From contig CM126214.1 in NCBI GenBank assembly GCA_052327205.1, positions 177,878,001 to 177,942,000 of the forward strand: DNA of 64,000 nucleotides, given 5' to 3'. This document shows, one piece after another, positions 52,954-63,680 of this stretch (positions are counted from its first letter, which is position 1; each line of letters opens with the position of its first letter). The position numbers and the translations under genes were made by a program. This DNA is from Somniosus microcephalus. Lineage: Eukaryota. The notes beneath the pieces are model-generated. The model searched no databases and was not told where the DNA came from. It worked only from the letters and a program-made list of their open reading frames with translations.

Positions 52954-53077
52954 GATTTTTAAAATCCACTAGTAGATCTTCCATGTTATTGCTCATTGTG
53001 AGTTGAAAGTTTAACAACAACAGCGATGTCATGCCAAGTAGAATTACCAATGATATGCACTTATCAGCATTGGAAAA

Positions 53078-53517
53078 AGAAAGAAATACTTGCATTTATA
53101 TAGCGCCTTTCACGACCACCAGATGTCTCAGCGCTTTACAGCCAATGAAGTACTTTTGAAGTGGCGTCACTGTTGTAATGTGGGAAATGCAGCAGCCAAT
53201 TTGCGCACAGCAAGCTCCCACAAACAGCAATGTGATAACGACCAGATAATCTGTTTTTGTTATGTTGGTTGAGGGATAAATATTGGCCAGGACACCAGGG
53301 ATAACTCCCCTGCTCCTCTTCGAAGTAGTGCCATGGGATCTTTTACGTCCACCTGAGAGAGCAGATGGGGCCTTGGTTTAACATCTCATCCACACTCCTT
53401 CAGCGCTGCACTGGAGTGTCAGCCTAGCTTTATGTGCTCAAGTCCCTGGAGTGAGACTTGAACCCACAACCTTCTGACTCAGAGGTGAGTATGCTACCCA
53501 CTGAGCAACAGCTGACA
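53078..53517 (-). mobile_element. Deu-domain tRNA-SINE (SacSINE1-like), near full length
   Basis: tRNA-like head (GGTTCAAGTC), TAAAAGATCCCATGGCAC Deu core, L2-like tail; partial copies at ~26485-26690, ~28405-28500 and ~44680-44855. Confidence 0.72.
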
Positions 53518-55029
53518 CAGCCCTAGGAGCATTGGGAAGGGAGTCTGGGATATGAGACTACTAGGTTGGGTCTTGGTCTAGCAGTATATTGAAGCAGGAG
53601 GGATCCAAGAGTTTGGGTGCCCTGTTGGGGAGCTTCCAGGGTTCTGGGAACATTAGGGCAGGAATTGGGAACATTGGGAAGGGAAGTTTCAGGTCTTGGA
53701 AGCATTAGGGCAGCTCTGGGATTAAGCACTGAGAATGCAATCTAGGGGTTTATGAGCAGTGAGATGGGGGGTACTTGATACTAGTAGGATTGAGGAAACA
53801 ATCTGACAGTATTAGGGAGCAGAATCAAACTGCCTTGTAGGAAAGGAGGCCTAGGAGTATGAGTCCCAAAAACTGGCTTTGGCCCCTTTCTAACAATCAA
53901 ATCAACCCCACCCTCTCCAGGGTCCCACCCATTAGCCTCCTGTGTCTCCACCGTAATGATGCCCAAAATTTTCTGATAAAATTAATGGAAGGAAAATCAC
54001 AGACTGCGAAGTGCAATTTCCTATATACACTTCTGGCATCTTCTAGAAGTGAAAAATTTAGTGCAATATTAATGAGTTGGCCAACATAGAGTCTTTATTA
54101 AACAACTTTCCATATAAATCAAAACCTCATAAAATGCTTAAAGGTTCATTTACATTGTTCAGAAGAGAGATTTTTTAACTGAATTTTCAACAATTCATTC
54201 TGAATAATTGCTTTCCTTTCCAATCATCAACAAAGACATTTTGACCTTTGTGGCCATTCACATGCTTCTTACAGCTGTTAGTCTGTGAAAAGTTCAGAAC
54301 AGTCAAGTTAATGTAAAAATAAAAGCTTTGAGAAAATCTGTCTTCAGTGGCTTTCCACATCTTTTGATAGCGGGGGGGGGGAAGCAAATAACTTCTTAAA
54401 TCCTCACTGGATGAGGGGCACACCCTTCAATTCAGATTTCAGCAGGGGAAATTTTGCAAACTGCATAGGCTCAAAAAGCACAGATGTGATTGAAAGCTCT
54501 GGCAACTATTATAAGATTAAAAAATACTGAGTCAAAGGTCAGGCTTTTGAGAGAAGCTGACCCCTTGAAGTAAAAATGTCAAGGTACTAATAACGCAAAA
54601 GATAATTCAGTGAGAAAATGTAATTATTGTGAAATATGTATTTTTTGATTTTGCTTAAAGCCTTGTTTTAGACATCAGAAATTTTAGTTAGGAAATAATG
54701 GCATGTCGAATGATTGATGTGCTTCACCAGATTTACAGGCAACGTTATATAGGGAATTTCAATGTTACATGTTGACATAAAAGTGTGCAAAATTGTGACA
54801 GCAGGAAGTGTAGTTTAGATGGCCATTTTAACAAACATCTCCATTCTGTCCGCAAGTGTGAACCTGAGTTCACAGTCGCTCATCACTTGGAACTCTCCTC
54901 CCACCGCCCCAGTAATGGAAGAACCCTTTACTCTCTCCTATATTTTAGTGCATCTATCATCCTATTGAAGATAAACAGGTCAACTCCTGGGTTAACATAA
55001 CACATAGAAGAATGTTGTGAACACATTGT

Positions 55030-55390
55030 CACTTCGCCTTTAGCAGGGAGACTAACAAGGTGGGCATGACATTAGAAGAAGAGATCAAAAAAGGTACAAA
55101 CACATTTAAGATAGGAGGGAGATAATCGATAAACTAATGAAACGTAAAGCATAACACCCCTGGATTGCATCCACACATATTAAAAGAAGTTAGGAAAGAG
55201 ATAGCCGAGGCACTATTACACATATAAACATTCATCATTAGTAAAGGGAATAGTGCCAGAAGACTGGCGGACAGCTAATGTTATTCCTAAATTTAAAAAG
55301 AAATAGAACAAGTCCAGGGAACTATAGACCAGTTAGCTTAACGTCGGTGGTTGGATAATGGACTCTACTCAAAGATGTAATAGAAAAATA
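55030..55390 (+). mobile_element. degenerate CR1 ORF2 fragment
   Basis: VPEDWRTANVIP and PGNYRPVSLTSVV encoded. Confidence 0.75.
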
Positions 55391-55571
55391 CCTGCCACTG
55401 GAAATCCTCCCAGTTCAGCTCATCTTCGGCCAACGTAAAGCACACCTGCACGATGCAGATGTTTTATGTTGTACAACCGTAGTAAGTGGAACTGACAATT
55501 ATTAGGAAAGTGGCAACTCAACTGAGGTGCAACTCAGAATTTAAATTGTTGTCGTTAGCTACTTGTTAAAA

Positions 55572-55970
55572 ATTCATTCTCGGGATGTAGACGTCACTGG
55601 CGAGGCTGGCCTTTATTGCCCATCCCTAGTTGCCCCGAGAAGGTGCTGGTAGTCCGCCTTTTTGAACCATTTCAGTTTGATACAATTAAGTGGCTTACTA
55701 CGCCACTTCAGCGGGCAGGTAAGAGTTAACCACGTGGGACTGGTGTCACCTATAGGCCAGACCGGGTGAGGACAGCAGGCTTCCTTCCCTAAAGGACATT
55801 AGTGAACCAGTTGGGTTCCAATAGCTTCATGGTTTTTTTTTACTGATAGCAGCTTTTTATTTCCAGATTTTTTCAAATGAATTCAAATTCTCAAACTGCC
55901 CTGGTGGGATTTGAACTTGCGTTCTCTGGATTATTGATCCAGTAACATAACCGCTACCATACCGTACCCC
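55572..55970 (-). mobile_element. tRNA-derived SINE sharing its tail with the LINE 3' ends at 44856-44975 and 59865-60025
   Basis: GTTCAAATCCC B box on the - strand; tail GGGCAA(C/T)TAGGGATGGGCAATAAA shared. Confidence 0.62.
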
Positions 55971-58004
55971 TTAAAGACCAATAAGGTTCTGTGTCAAAAT
56001 TCCAATTTCCCTGTAATGTGGATAGATAGTTATTAGTTGATTGCCCATGCATCTAATTTTGTATCTTAGAAAAAAGGCAACTGTTGATTAAGTGTCTTCT
56101 TAACGCATAACAGACAGAGCCTTTAATTGAAGCAGTTCTTTATTACCTTTCTCATCAATTTCAATTTGTGACCGTAATGAATTTCTATTTACTTATTGGA
56201 CTAAGGATTAGTCTCCGCTGCCTGAGTGCAGCTTAGCGGCGAATTCCTCCTGCACCTCAGTTGACGAGCCAAATGTGGCTGTGGAGAGCAGTGGGACTGC
56301 AAGTGAAGTTTCACACTCCCAAGATGATGAGGAGCTTTTTGGCCTTAGTGGGCTTGCTGGTAAGGTTGGTCGGGATTGAGAAATAAATGTCACCAGTCTG
56401 TGAGAAACTTTGTTTTGCAGAACCATTGACGGAGAATAGTGTTGGGGAGATCCTTGAAATAGACCTGGGACAGTGGCAGGAGAGTAGGAAGACAGAGGAC
56501 TAGGAATAGGTTACGGTAGGGGTTTGGGATGAGGTGGGGAGCAAAGCGGTTGATTGGATCACAGGAGAGAAAAGCCTTAGCAAGACCAAGAGAAAGAAGA
56601 AAGGGAGGTAGAATGAATGGGTTTGCGTCTGGAGCAGCAGCCGAAATGTGTAGACAAATGGACATGGAGAGTATTGGGCTTGCATAGCAACGACAGATTA
56701 GGAGAGACATGTTCTGATCATAAACAGGACAGATCGGAGACAATAGATGAAGAATGACTAAGGGGGCATCATTCGAAGGTAGAAGATGGTTTCTATTGGT
56801 TAGATTTGTGAGGGACGTGAAACTTTGACAAATTGGGAAAAAAAACTCCAAAGATTTTGATAGCCTTCTTCATGTGTTTTAATTGGGCAATGATCAATTA
56901 ATTGAGCTGTTGGACTGTGAAAGGCTTGAAGAAGTATGACTGAGGGGATACAGTCTGAAGGAAGTTGAAAATGTAGCGTGGAATCAACAATAGAGTGGAT
57001 AGGGTTGGATGATTGGAGTCTTTGGTTCAGACTGACCACCAGCAAGACCTAGTAAAAAGTGGCGGTGTTAGCAAATCCTGCTAAATGTACCTTTGGTTTA
57101 CATCTGGCTACATGAGACACACAAGTCCGGAACCAGCGGTATATTATCCATCTCAAAAGCAACTTTAGTGACGGACGGAAGGACAGATGCAGAGAGCTAC
57201 AGGAAGTAACAGAGGCAGAGATGTGAACTGATAGTAAAGAGAGAGAGAGAGAGTAAAGGGGCGGTATAACCATGTAGGAGCTTGGATAAAATCTAGTCGC
57301 ACTACATAAAGCAGTGGAGAGAGGTGGGAACACTGACTAGTACCAATAAAGAAGTTAAACACAAAGGGCTACATTAAGAACAAAGTGATAGGGGTGGGGT
57401 GTAGGAGGGAAGTAGGAAGCTACATGAAATAATAATGAAATCCAATTATGCAAACTAGAGGGGCAGGGATGGAAGACAGATTAATGGGAAATGATATAAA
57501 CTTTTAAAATCATAGTTTAAAACTAAATCACATCTGTGGAACACGTCAAACAGAAAACAAATGACTGCAATGCATTTATTTATTTGTCAGAAAATGTCTT
57601 TAAATGTACAAAAGCTTCAGGAAAATAGATAATTAAAAAAAGCAACTGAGTCTCTTGACTGGGAAGGGAAGACCGTCATCCCAGCATCAGTCATAATTTC
57701 TGGCATGAATCTAAAGTCAGTCATACAAATGAAGTGATCACAAAGCGGTCTATATTCAAAAAAATCTACATGAGCAAAGATCGGCGTGCTTAACACAAAA
57801 CGTTTACATGGTGATGGAGTGGCTAAAGCTGGCACAATAGAGGGTTATAATCTGTGTGACAATTCAATATATACAATAAAAGCACTGATACAAAATACAA
57901 ATAGCATATGCATAATAATGTAAATTGAGAGATACACAACTTATAAAATTCAACTTTTTTGATACAGAATAAAACCTTTTTCAAATAATTGTCACATAGA
58001 AGGA

Positions 58005-58305
58005 TTCTTTTGGGGATGTTACTTGTATCCTCTATAGTGAAGACCAATGCAAAATAGCTGTTCAATTCAACTGCCATCTCCTTATTTTCCGTTATTAATT
58101 CCCCAGACTCACTTTTTATAGGACCAATGCTTACTTTGTTAACTCTTTTTTAAAATATCTATAGAAACTCTTACTATCTGTTTTTATATTTCTAGCTAGC
58201 TTTCCCTCGTACTCTAATTTTTCTCTCATTAATCTTTTGGTCATTCTTTGCTGTTTTTTATATTCTGTCCAATCTTCTGACCTGCCACCCATCTTTGCGC
58301 AATTA
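58005..58305 (-). mobile_element. CR1 ORF2 fragment
   Basis: KLARNIKTDSKSFYRY and MAVELNSYFALVFT motifs. Confidence 0.75.
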
Positions 58306-60864
58306 TGGGGGTCACACCAATGGCGGAGTTCAGGAGACTGACGTGGGCTTTGGCCTCCAGCAGTGCTGCTCTGCAGCCAGATGTTGCGAGACACACAATA
58401 GTGGCTCAGTGATTTATTTCCCAACATCTCTCACTTGCATAGGGTGGTACCTGGCCTCTGCTTCAGTGCCTCCCCACAGCAATATAACTACGATTAGGAA
58501 TTTTGTGTGAGGAGTTGAATTTGTGTTCTTTTATTCATGGTGACTCCACCATATAAGCATTGTTTACTAATATCACAGCTAGGATTTATAATACTACACA
58601 TATGTTAATAAACAACATAGTTTCTTTAGCAAATAACTTTATAAGCCCATTAGGCAATAATTGCTGGCACTGTAACTACAAAAAGCCTAATGCTAAACGG
58701 TTACTACTTTGCGTTAAGGCAAAAGGATGACTGCAAGGTCTGGAATGGTAGTGAATGAACAAAGGTACACACCTTCAGCACCTTTCCCAACTCATGCCGA
58801 GTCACTAAAATGCTTCCCACCTCCTTTGTTATGCCGTGCATTCAGTCACGGAGTCCCTCCCCATATCCCAAAGTTTAAACAGGAAAATAATTGCTCGCTA
58901 TGTCACTAATATGCTTATAAATCTATTTTCTACTAGCCCTCCCCTCAGTAATTTAATAAAACCTGGTTTGGTTTGATTCTGCAGAATTGACAATAACTGG
59001 GAAATTTTACATTGCAGTTTGTTCACTGCAGTGGAATTTAATGAATCAGAGTTGCTCTGAAAGGTATTGTGTCATTAAAGGGGAAAGAAACTCAACATTT
59101 TTACTCAAAGTACTGCTCTACTAACAATTCCAAAAAAATCTGTTAATTAATATCACATAATTTCACACAAACAAAAAATGGCTATTTCTTTGCTTATTCC
59201 TGCTCTCTTTTTTACATGTCCCTCCTTCTTTGTTTTTCTTCTCTTATTTTTGCCTTCTGTGTGCCTCACACAAGTTTTTCTCATTGCAATGTCCGTATCT
59301 TTCTGCTTGTGCCTAACTCTCTCACTCTTGTCAGTCTTTCTGGATGTTCCCTTTAAGCTGTCTCAATGCATGCTGCGGTCATGCACAATCTAATTTTGCA
59401 TAGGGTCCTACGCCTGTTTCAGGCATGTGCCGTGGGTGCCTACAGTGGAGGCTTTACCAATATGGCGGGCGGCACAGAATGTGCGTGTGCACGCCGCCCG
59501 CCATATTGGATCCTTAGACATCCGTTTTACACCTGTAAAATGGGTGCAGGGCAATCCAATTTCTAGGCCATTAAGCGGTAGCTTCTACAACAAACAGCTA
59601 ATCATCACGCACAATTTTCATAAATGTTAAACCTGATGTGCAGCAATTCATCGGGTAGATGGACCAGAAACACTGCTGGACACCCATAATGCTGGTCTCG
59701 GCCCCTTTTACACATTTCTGGTGAGTTTGGGGTTGAAGAAAGCCAAATTCAAGTAACATGGGAGTGATGGAATAACACCTACTGATTCTGATTACTGATT
59801 GTGCTCATGTGAAAGAGTGTAAATATTTCGCATGAAATGGGAAATGGAAAACTGGGTCAAAATCCTGGAACTCCCTCGCTAACAGCACTGTGGGAGCACC
59901 TTCACCACACGGACTGCAGTGGTTCAAGAAGGTGGCTCACCACCTCCTTCTCAAGGGCAATTAGGGATGGGTAATAAATGCCGGCCTTGCCAGCGACGCC
60001 CACATCCCATAAACTAATTTTTAAAAATCAGAAAACTGTTGTTAGCATCTAGACTGGTAGATGCCCTTGAAAGGTGATAAGGGAGTCTAGATTGAGAGGT
60101 ACCCCTGATAGGGGAGATGCCAGTGGTCCTAATGGACATTTTATTCAGTGAAACATTGAACTTCAGTTCATGCCTCAGTATATTTCCATAAGCAAGAAAA
60201 AAAGGAAAATATGCATTTTCTTAATATCTTAGTTGATGGCAAAGTCTCTGCCATGACTGATATTCAGCAATGAGATCAGGTGAAGTAAAATTTGTGGGTG
60301 TTTGTATATTAGCCAAAAAAACATTCTTTGTAGCAACACTCATGACCTTCGCCGTAACAACTGTAACCAGATCACAGCAAGGTCAAATAGATTGAATTAA
60401 AGAGGAACATCCGCTTATTTTTCTTATTGAGGGAAAGACGAGGAAAGAATGAGAAAAGAACTGAAGTCAAACAAAGGTACAGATGCAAGGGAAAGTGTGT
60501 GAGGCATAGAGAGGGAGAGAAAGTATTTGAGAGGAAGAAGAGCAGAGAGACGTTTACAGAAAGACTCTTTTTGTAGGAGAGCAACACCACGGCAGACTAA
60601 CCAGTATGTCTTCATAAAAATGCTCTTTGATTTATTTTTTGATATTAGAACAAAGCACACTCAGCGCATAGCTTATTTTTCTGAGTTGGTGCCATTCTGA
60701 ATCCTATGGGCCCATTACAATCAATAAAGCTGGTCTGGGACATCTCCATGTCAGTGACATCTCAGGAGCGGCCTGGTGGTAATGATAGCAGATCTTCGTC
60801 AGAAGTAAAGCTTTCACTTTTGAAGAAAGAGTAGACGTGTTTTAGTGAAAGTTTGTGGTATGCA

Positions 60865-60940
60865 CCTGCGATGGGCGAGTGGTGAAGGCGTTGGACTTGA
60901 AATGGGGTTTTCCCGCGCAGTTTCGAACCTGCTCGCAGCA
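60865..60940 (+). pseudogene. tRNA-Ser(UGA) pseudogene
   Basis: CCTGCGATGGGCGAGTGGTGAAGGCGTTGGACTTGAAAT-GGGGTTTTCCCGCGCAGTTTCGAACCTGCTCGCAGC follows the vertebrate tRNA-Ser(TGA) pattern, but lacks the CCAAT 3' anticodon-stem strand and has D-arm, T-arm and position-1 changes. Confidence 0.85.
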
Positions 60941-61124
60941 GATCTGCTCAGTGTTGCACGCAATGCTCCAAATAGTTTCTTTCCGGACACAGGCTCGAAT
61001 GGCCTCCTGTGCTGTAACGATTCTATGAATATACAGGAGAGGGAATGGTGTGGTTTGAATGGAAAGCACTTTCCCGATTGTCCTTCCCCTTTAACAATAC
61101 GTCGTTCAGTAGAATATTATCTTC

Positions 61125-61250
61125 TTACTTTTTAAAATTGTTCTCTTCCTCACCACCTCCTTCCATCTCCGAACTCGGGTCCACCCACATCACCCTCTTC
61201 TGAGGTTGCGATTCTGTAACTGGTTGTTTGGAGATGTGCCGTTTCAGCCC
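61125..61250 (-). pseudogene. OCSTAMP: displaced original C-terminus of OCSTAMP (GLKRHISKQPVTESQPQKRVMWVDPSSEMEGGGEEENNFKK-stop)
   Basis: open and in frame with the upstream exon once the element and one TSD copy are removed. Confidence 0.75.
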
Positions 61251-61257
61251 AGATTCA

Positions 61258-63182
61258 AAATAACAACAGAAAATGCTGGAAAAACTCAGCAAGTCAGGCA
61301 ACATCCGTGGAGAGAAATTTGAGTTGACGTTTCGGGTTTGACCCTTCTTCAAAACTGGAGAGAAAAGGAACTAGATCGAAGGCAGGGCTGCGATCGGACA
61401 AAAGAATAAAAGAACCAAAAGAAGTAAAAGAGATTAGAAGCTAGACGAGATGGTAATAGGCTGTGATTAGGTGTAAAGTGTACTGGCAGGGCAAAAGATA
61501 GCTGCCAGGTGTGAGAGAGAAACAAAAGGAAAGGGGGGGGGGAAAGGAAAGGAGTGGAAAAATATAAGTGAAAATGAAATAGGGGCCGAGGTTATGATCT
61601 GAAATTGTTGAACTCGATATTGAGACCGGAAGGCTGCAGAGTGCCTAATCGGAAGATGAGGTGCTGTTCCTCGAGTTTACGTTGAGCTTCCGTGGAACAG
61701 TACAAGAGGCCAAGGACGGTGAGGTCCGAGTGGGAATGGAGCGGTGAATTGAAATGACAGGCGACCGGAAGCTCGGGGTCACCCTTACGGACTGAACGGA
61801 GGTGTTCCGCAAAGCGGTCACCCAATCTGCGTTTGGTCTCCCCAATGTAGAGGAGACCGCATCGTGAGCAGCGAATACAGTATACTAGATTGCGAGAAGT
61901 ACAAGTAAATCGCTGTTTCACCTGGAAGGGGTGTTTGGGGCCCTGGACAGTGGGGAGGGGGGAGGTATAGGGGCAGGTGTTACATCTCCTCCGCTTGCAC
62001 GGGAAGGTGCCAGGCGAAGGGGAAGGGCTGTTTGGGGTGATAGAGGAGTGGACTAGGGTGTCTCGGAGAGAGCGGTCCCTGCGGAATGCTGAAAGGGGAG
62101 GGGAGGGGAAGATACGTTTGGTGGTGGGATCACTTTGGAGGTAGCGGAAATGCCGGAGGATGATCCGTTGAATGTGGAGGCTGGTGGGGTGAAAGGTGAG
62201 GACAAGGGGAACCCTATCGTGGTTCCGGGAGGGAGGGGCAGGGGTGAGGGCAGAGGTGCGGGAGATAGAACTGACACGGTCGAGGGCAGTGTCAACCACG
62301 GTAGAGGGGAATCCTCGGTTGCGGAAAAAGGAAGACATGTCTGAAGCACTGGTGTGGAAGGTGGCATCGTCGGAGCAGATACGGCGGAGGCGGAGAAACT
62401 GGGAGAATGGAATAGAGTCCTTACAGGAAGCGGGGTGGGAGGAAGTGTAGTCCAGGTAGCTGTGGGAGTCAGTGGGCTTGTAGTAAATATTGGTCGATAA
62501 CCTATCCCCAGAGATGGAGACGGAGAAGTCGAGGAAGGGAAGGGAAGAGTCAGAGATGGACCATGTGAAGGTGAGGGAAGGGTGGAAATTGGAGGCAAAG
62601 TGAATGAAATTGTCAAGTTCGGGGCGAGAGCAGGAAACGGCCCCGATACAGTCATCAATGTATCGGAAAAAGAGGTGAGGGAGGGGACCCGAGTAGGACT
62701 GGAACAAAGATTGTTCCACATAGCCCACAAAAAGGCAGGCATAGCTAGGACCCATGCGGGTACCCATGGCAACACCTTTGATTTGGAGGAAATGAGTGGA
62801 GTTAAAGGAGAAGTTGTTCAATGTGAGAACAAGTTCAGCCAGGCGGAGGAGGGTCGTGGTGGATGGGGACTGGTCGGGCCTCTGTTCGAGGAAGAAGCGG
62901 AGCGCCCTCAGGCCATCCGGGTGGGGGATGGAGGTGTAGAGGGATTGTACGTCCATGGTGAAAAGGAAGCGGTTGGGGCCAGGAAACTGGAAACTGTTAA
63001 AGTGGCGGAGGGCGTCCGAAGAGTCGCGGATGTAGGTGGGAAGAGACTGGACAAGGGGAGAAAAGATAGAGTCAAGATAGGAAGAGATAAGTTCCGTAGG
63101 GCAAGAACAGGCTGAAACGATGGGTCTACCAGGACAGTCCTGTTTGTGGATCTTGGGAAGGAGGTAGAAGCGGGTTGTGCGG
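61258..63182 (-). mobile_element. 5'-truncated Penelope-like retroelement (probably Neptune-type), 1925 bp, 7-bp TSD AGATTCA (61251-61257 and 63183-63189)
   Basis: RT + GIY-YIG ORF, pyrimidine-rich 3'UTR, hammerhead-like 3' end shared with short repeats elsewhere in the window, exact flanking direct repeat. Confidence 0.93.
61322..61356 (-). ncRNA. minimal type I hammerhead motif, variant core (U at position 3), GUC triplet
   Basis: AGUU-UUGAAGA-A-GGGU(CAA)ACCC-GAAAC-GUC-AACU on the - strand. Confidence 0.6.
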
Positions 63183-63304
63183 AGATTCAGTTGCTCTCCC
63201 ACGTCCCCTCCCTTCTTGTGGGGAGGTACTTGCTCCTTGCTCAGCACTTCCTCGCTCCCTGGTACCTCCCCCTGAGGGCCCATCTGAGACAAGGGTCTCT
63301 GCAT
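61592..63304 (-). CDS. 570-aa ORF: host-derived ~41-aa leader plus Penelope reverse transcriptase and GIY-YIG endonuclease
   Basis: FYLLPKIHK, GRPIVS, MDVQSLYTSIP, GVAMGTRMGPSYA, RYIDD, LPFLD, YYKPT, Cys-rich linker CKRRRCNTC, NLVYCIRCSRCGLLYIGET…R…EH, terminal GLN; no stops or frameshifts. Confidence 0.9.
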   Translation of the reverse strand: MQRPLSQMGPQGEVPGSEEVLSKEQVPPHKKGGDVGEQLNLRTTRFYLLPKIHKQDCPGRPIVSACSCPTELISSYLDSIFSPLVQSLPTYIRDSSDALRHFNSFQFPGPNRFLFTMDVQSLYTSIPHPDGLRALRFFLEQRPDQSPSTTTLLRLAELVLTLNNFSFNSTHFLQIKGVAMGTRMGPSYACLFVGYVEQSLFQSYSGPLPHLFFRYIDDCIGAVSCSRPELDNFIHFASNFHPSLTFTWSISDSSLPFLDFSVSISGDRLSTNIYYKPTDSHSYLDYTSSHPASCKDSIPFSQFLRLRRICSDDATFHTSASDMSSFFRNRGFPSTVVDTALDRVSSISRTSALTPAPPSRNHDRVPLVLTFHPTSLHIQRIILRHFRYLQSDPTTKRIFPSPPLSAFRRDRSLRDTLVHSSITPNSPSPSPGTFPCKRRRCNTCPYTSPLPTVQGPKHPFQVKQRFTCTSRNLVYCIRCSRCGLLYIGETKRRLGDRFAEHLRSVRKGDPELPVACHFNSPLHSHSDLTVLGLLYCSTEAQRKLEEQHLIFRLGTLQPSGLNIEFNNFRS

Positions 63305-63680
63305 TACCTCCTTTCACGTATTTCTCTAAAATCTTCTGGTACAAATAACAAATTCTTTCTTCTTCCTGCTTCTGAAAATAAGATGCTGCAATCTTTCTGC
63401 GTATGCGGATCGCATAAGCATCCAACACTGCCATGAGATAAGCAATAATGTACATGCCACTGATAAAAAAAATTACCTGGGTGTCTGGAGGAACTGGCTT
63501 CTTCACACAGTCAGCGGGTACCAGCTTATAATTCCAGGGGAGTTTTTCGTTAACGTTCACGAATTTATCGAATTTGGCATGCTCTGGATTAATGTCGGCA
63601 ACTCCAATTTTCTTTGCAAAATTAATAATTTCAGCTGTAGCTTCCTTCATTTTTTCCATAACCAAGTTATTTGATTGTAT
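63126..63680 (-). CDS. OCSTAMP: last coding exon of an OCSTAMP (DC-STAMP family) gene; the final 18 codons and the stop come from the inserted Penelope element
   Basis: TM helix followed by LDAYAIRIRRKIAASYFQKQEEERICYLYQKIL, matching the OCSTAMP C-terminal motif (AYARRLRxxIAASFFxxQExxRxxxL); strong acceptor tttttctctttcag before 63680, phase 0. Confidence 0.82.
   Translation of the reverse strand: MQSNNLVMEKMKEATAEIINFAKKIGVADINPEHAKFDKFVNVNEKLPWNYKLVPADCVKKPVPPDTQVIFFISGMYIIAYLMAVLDAYAIRIRRKIAASYFQKQEEERICYLYQKILEKYVKGGNAETLVSDGPSGGGTRERGSAEQGASTSPQEGRGRGRATESPHNPLLPPSQDPQTGLSW

Noticed and set aside
56208-57362. Cluster of - strand ORFs suggesting an extra gene
   Set aside because: Fragmented and pyrimidine-rich with no coherent exon structure; more consistent with a decayed LINE
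60865-60940. Functional tRNA or selenocysteine tRNA
   Set aside because: The anticodon is TGA (Ser), not TCA, and the anticodon stem is deleted on one side
62053-63115. 240-aa and 177-aa ORFs overlapping the RT
   Set aside because: Alternative-frame and antisense shadows of a C-rich element ORF, with no domain features
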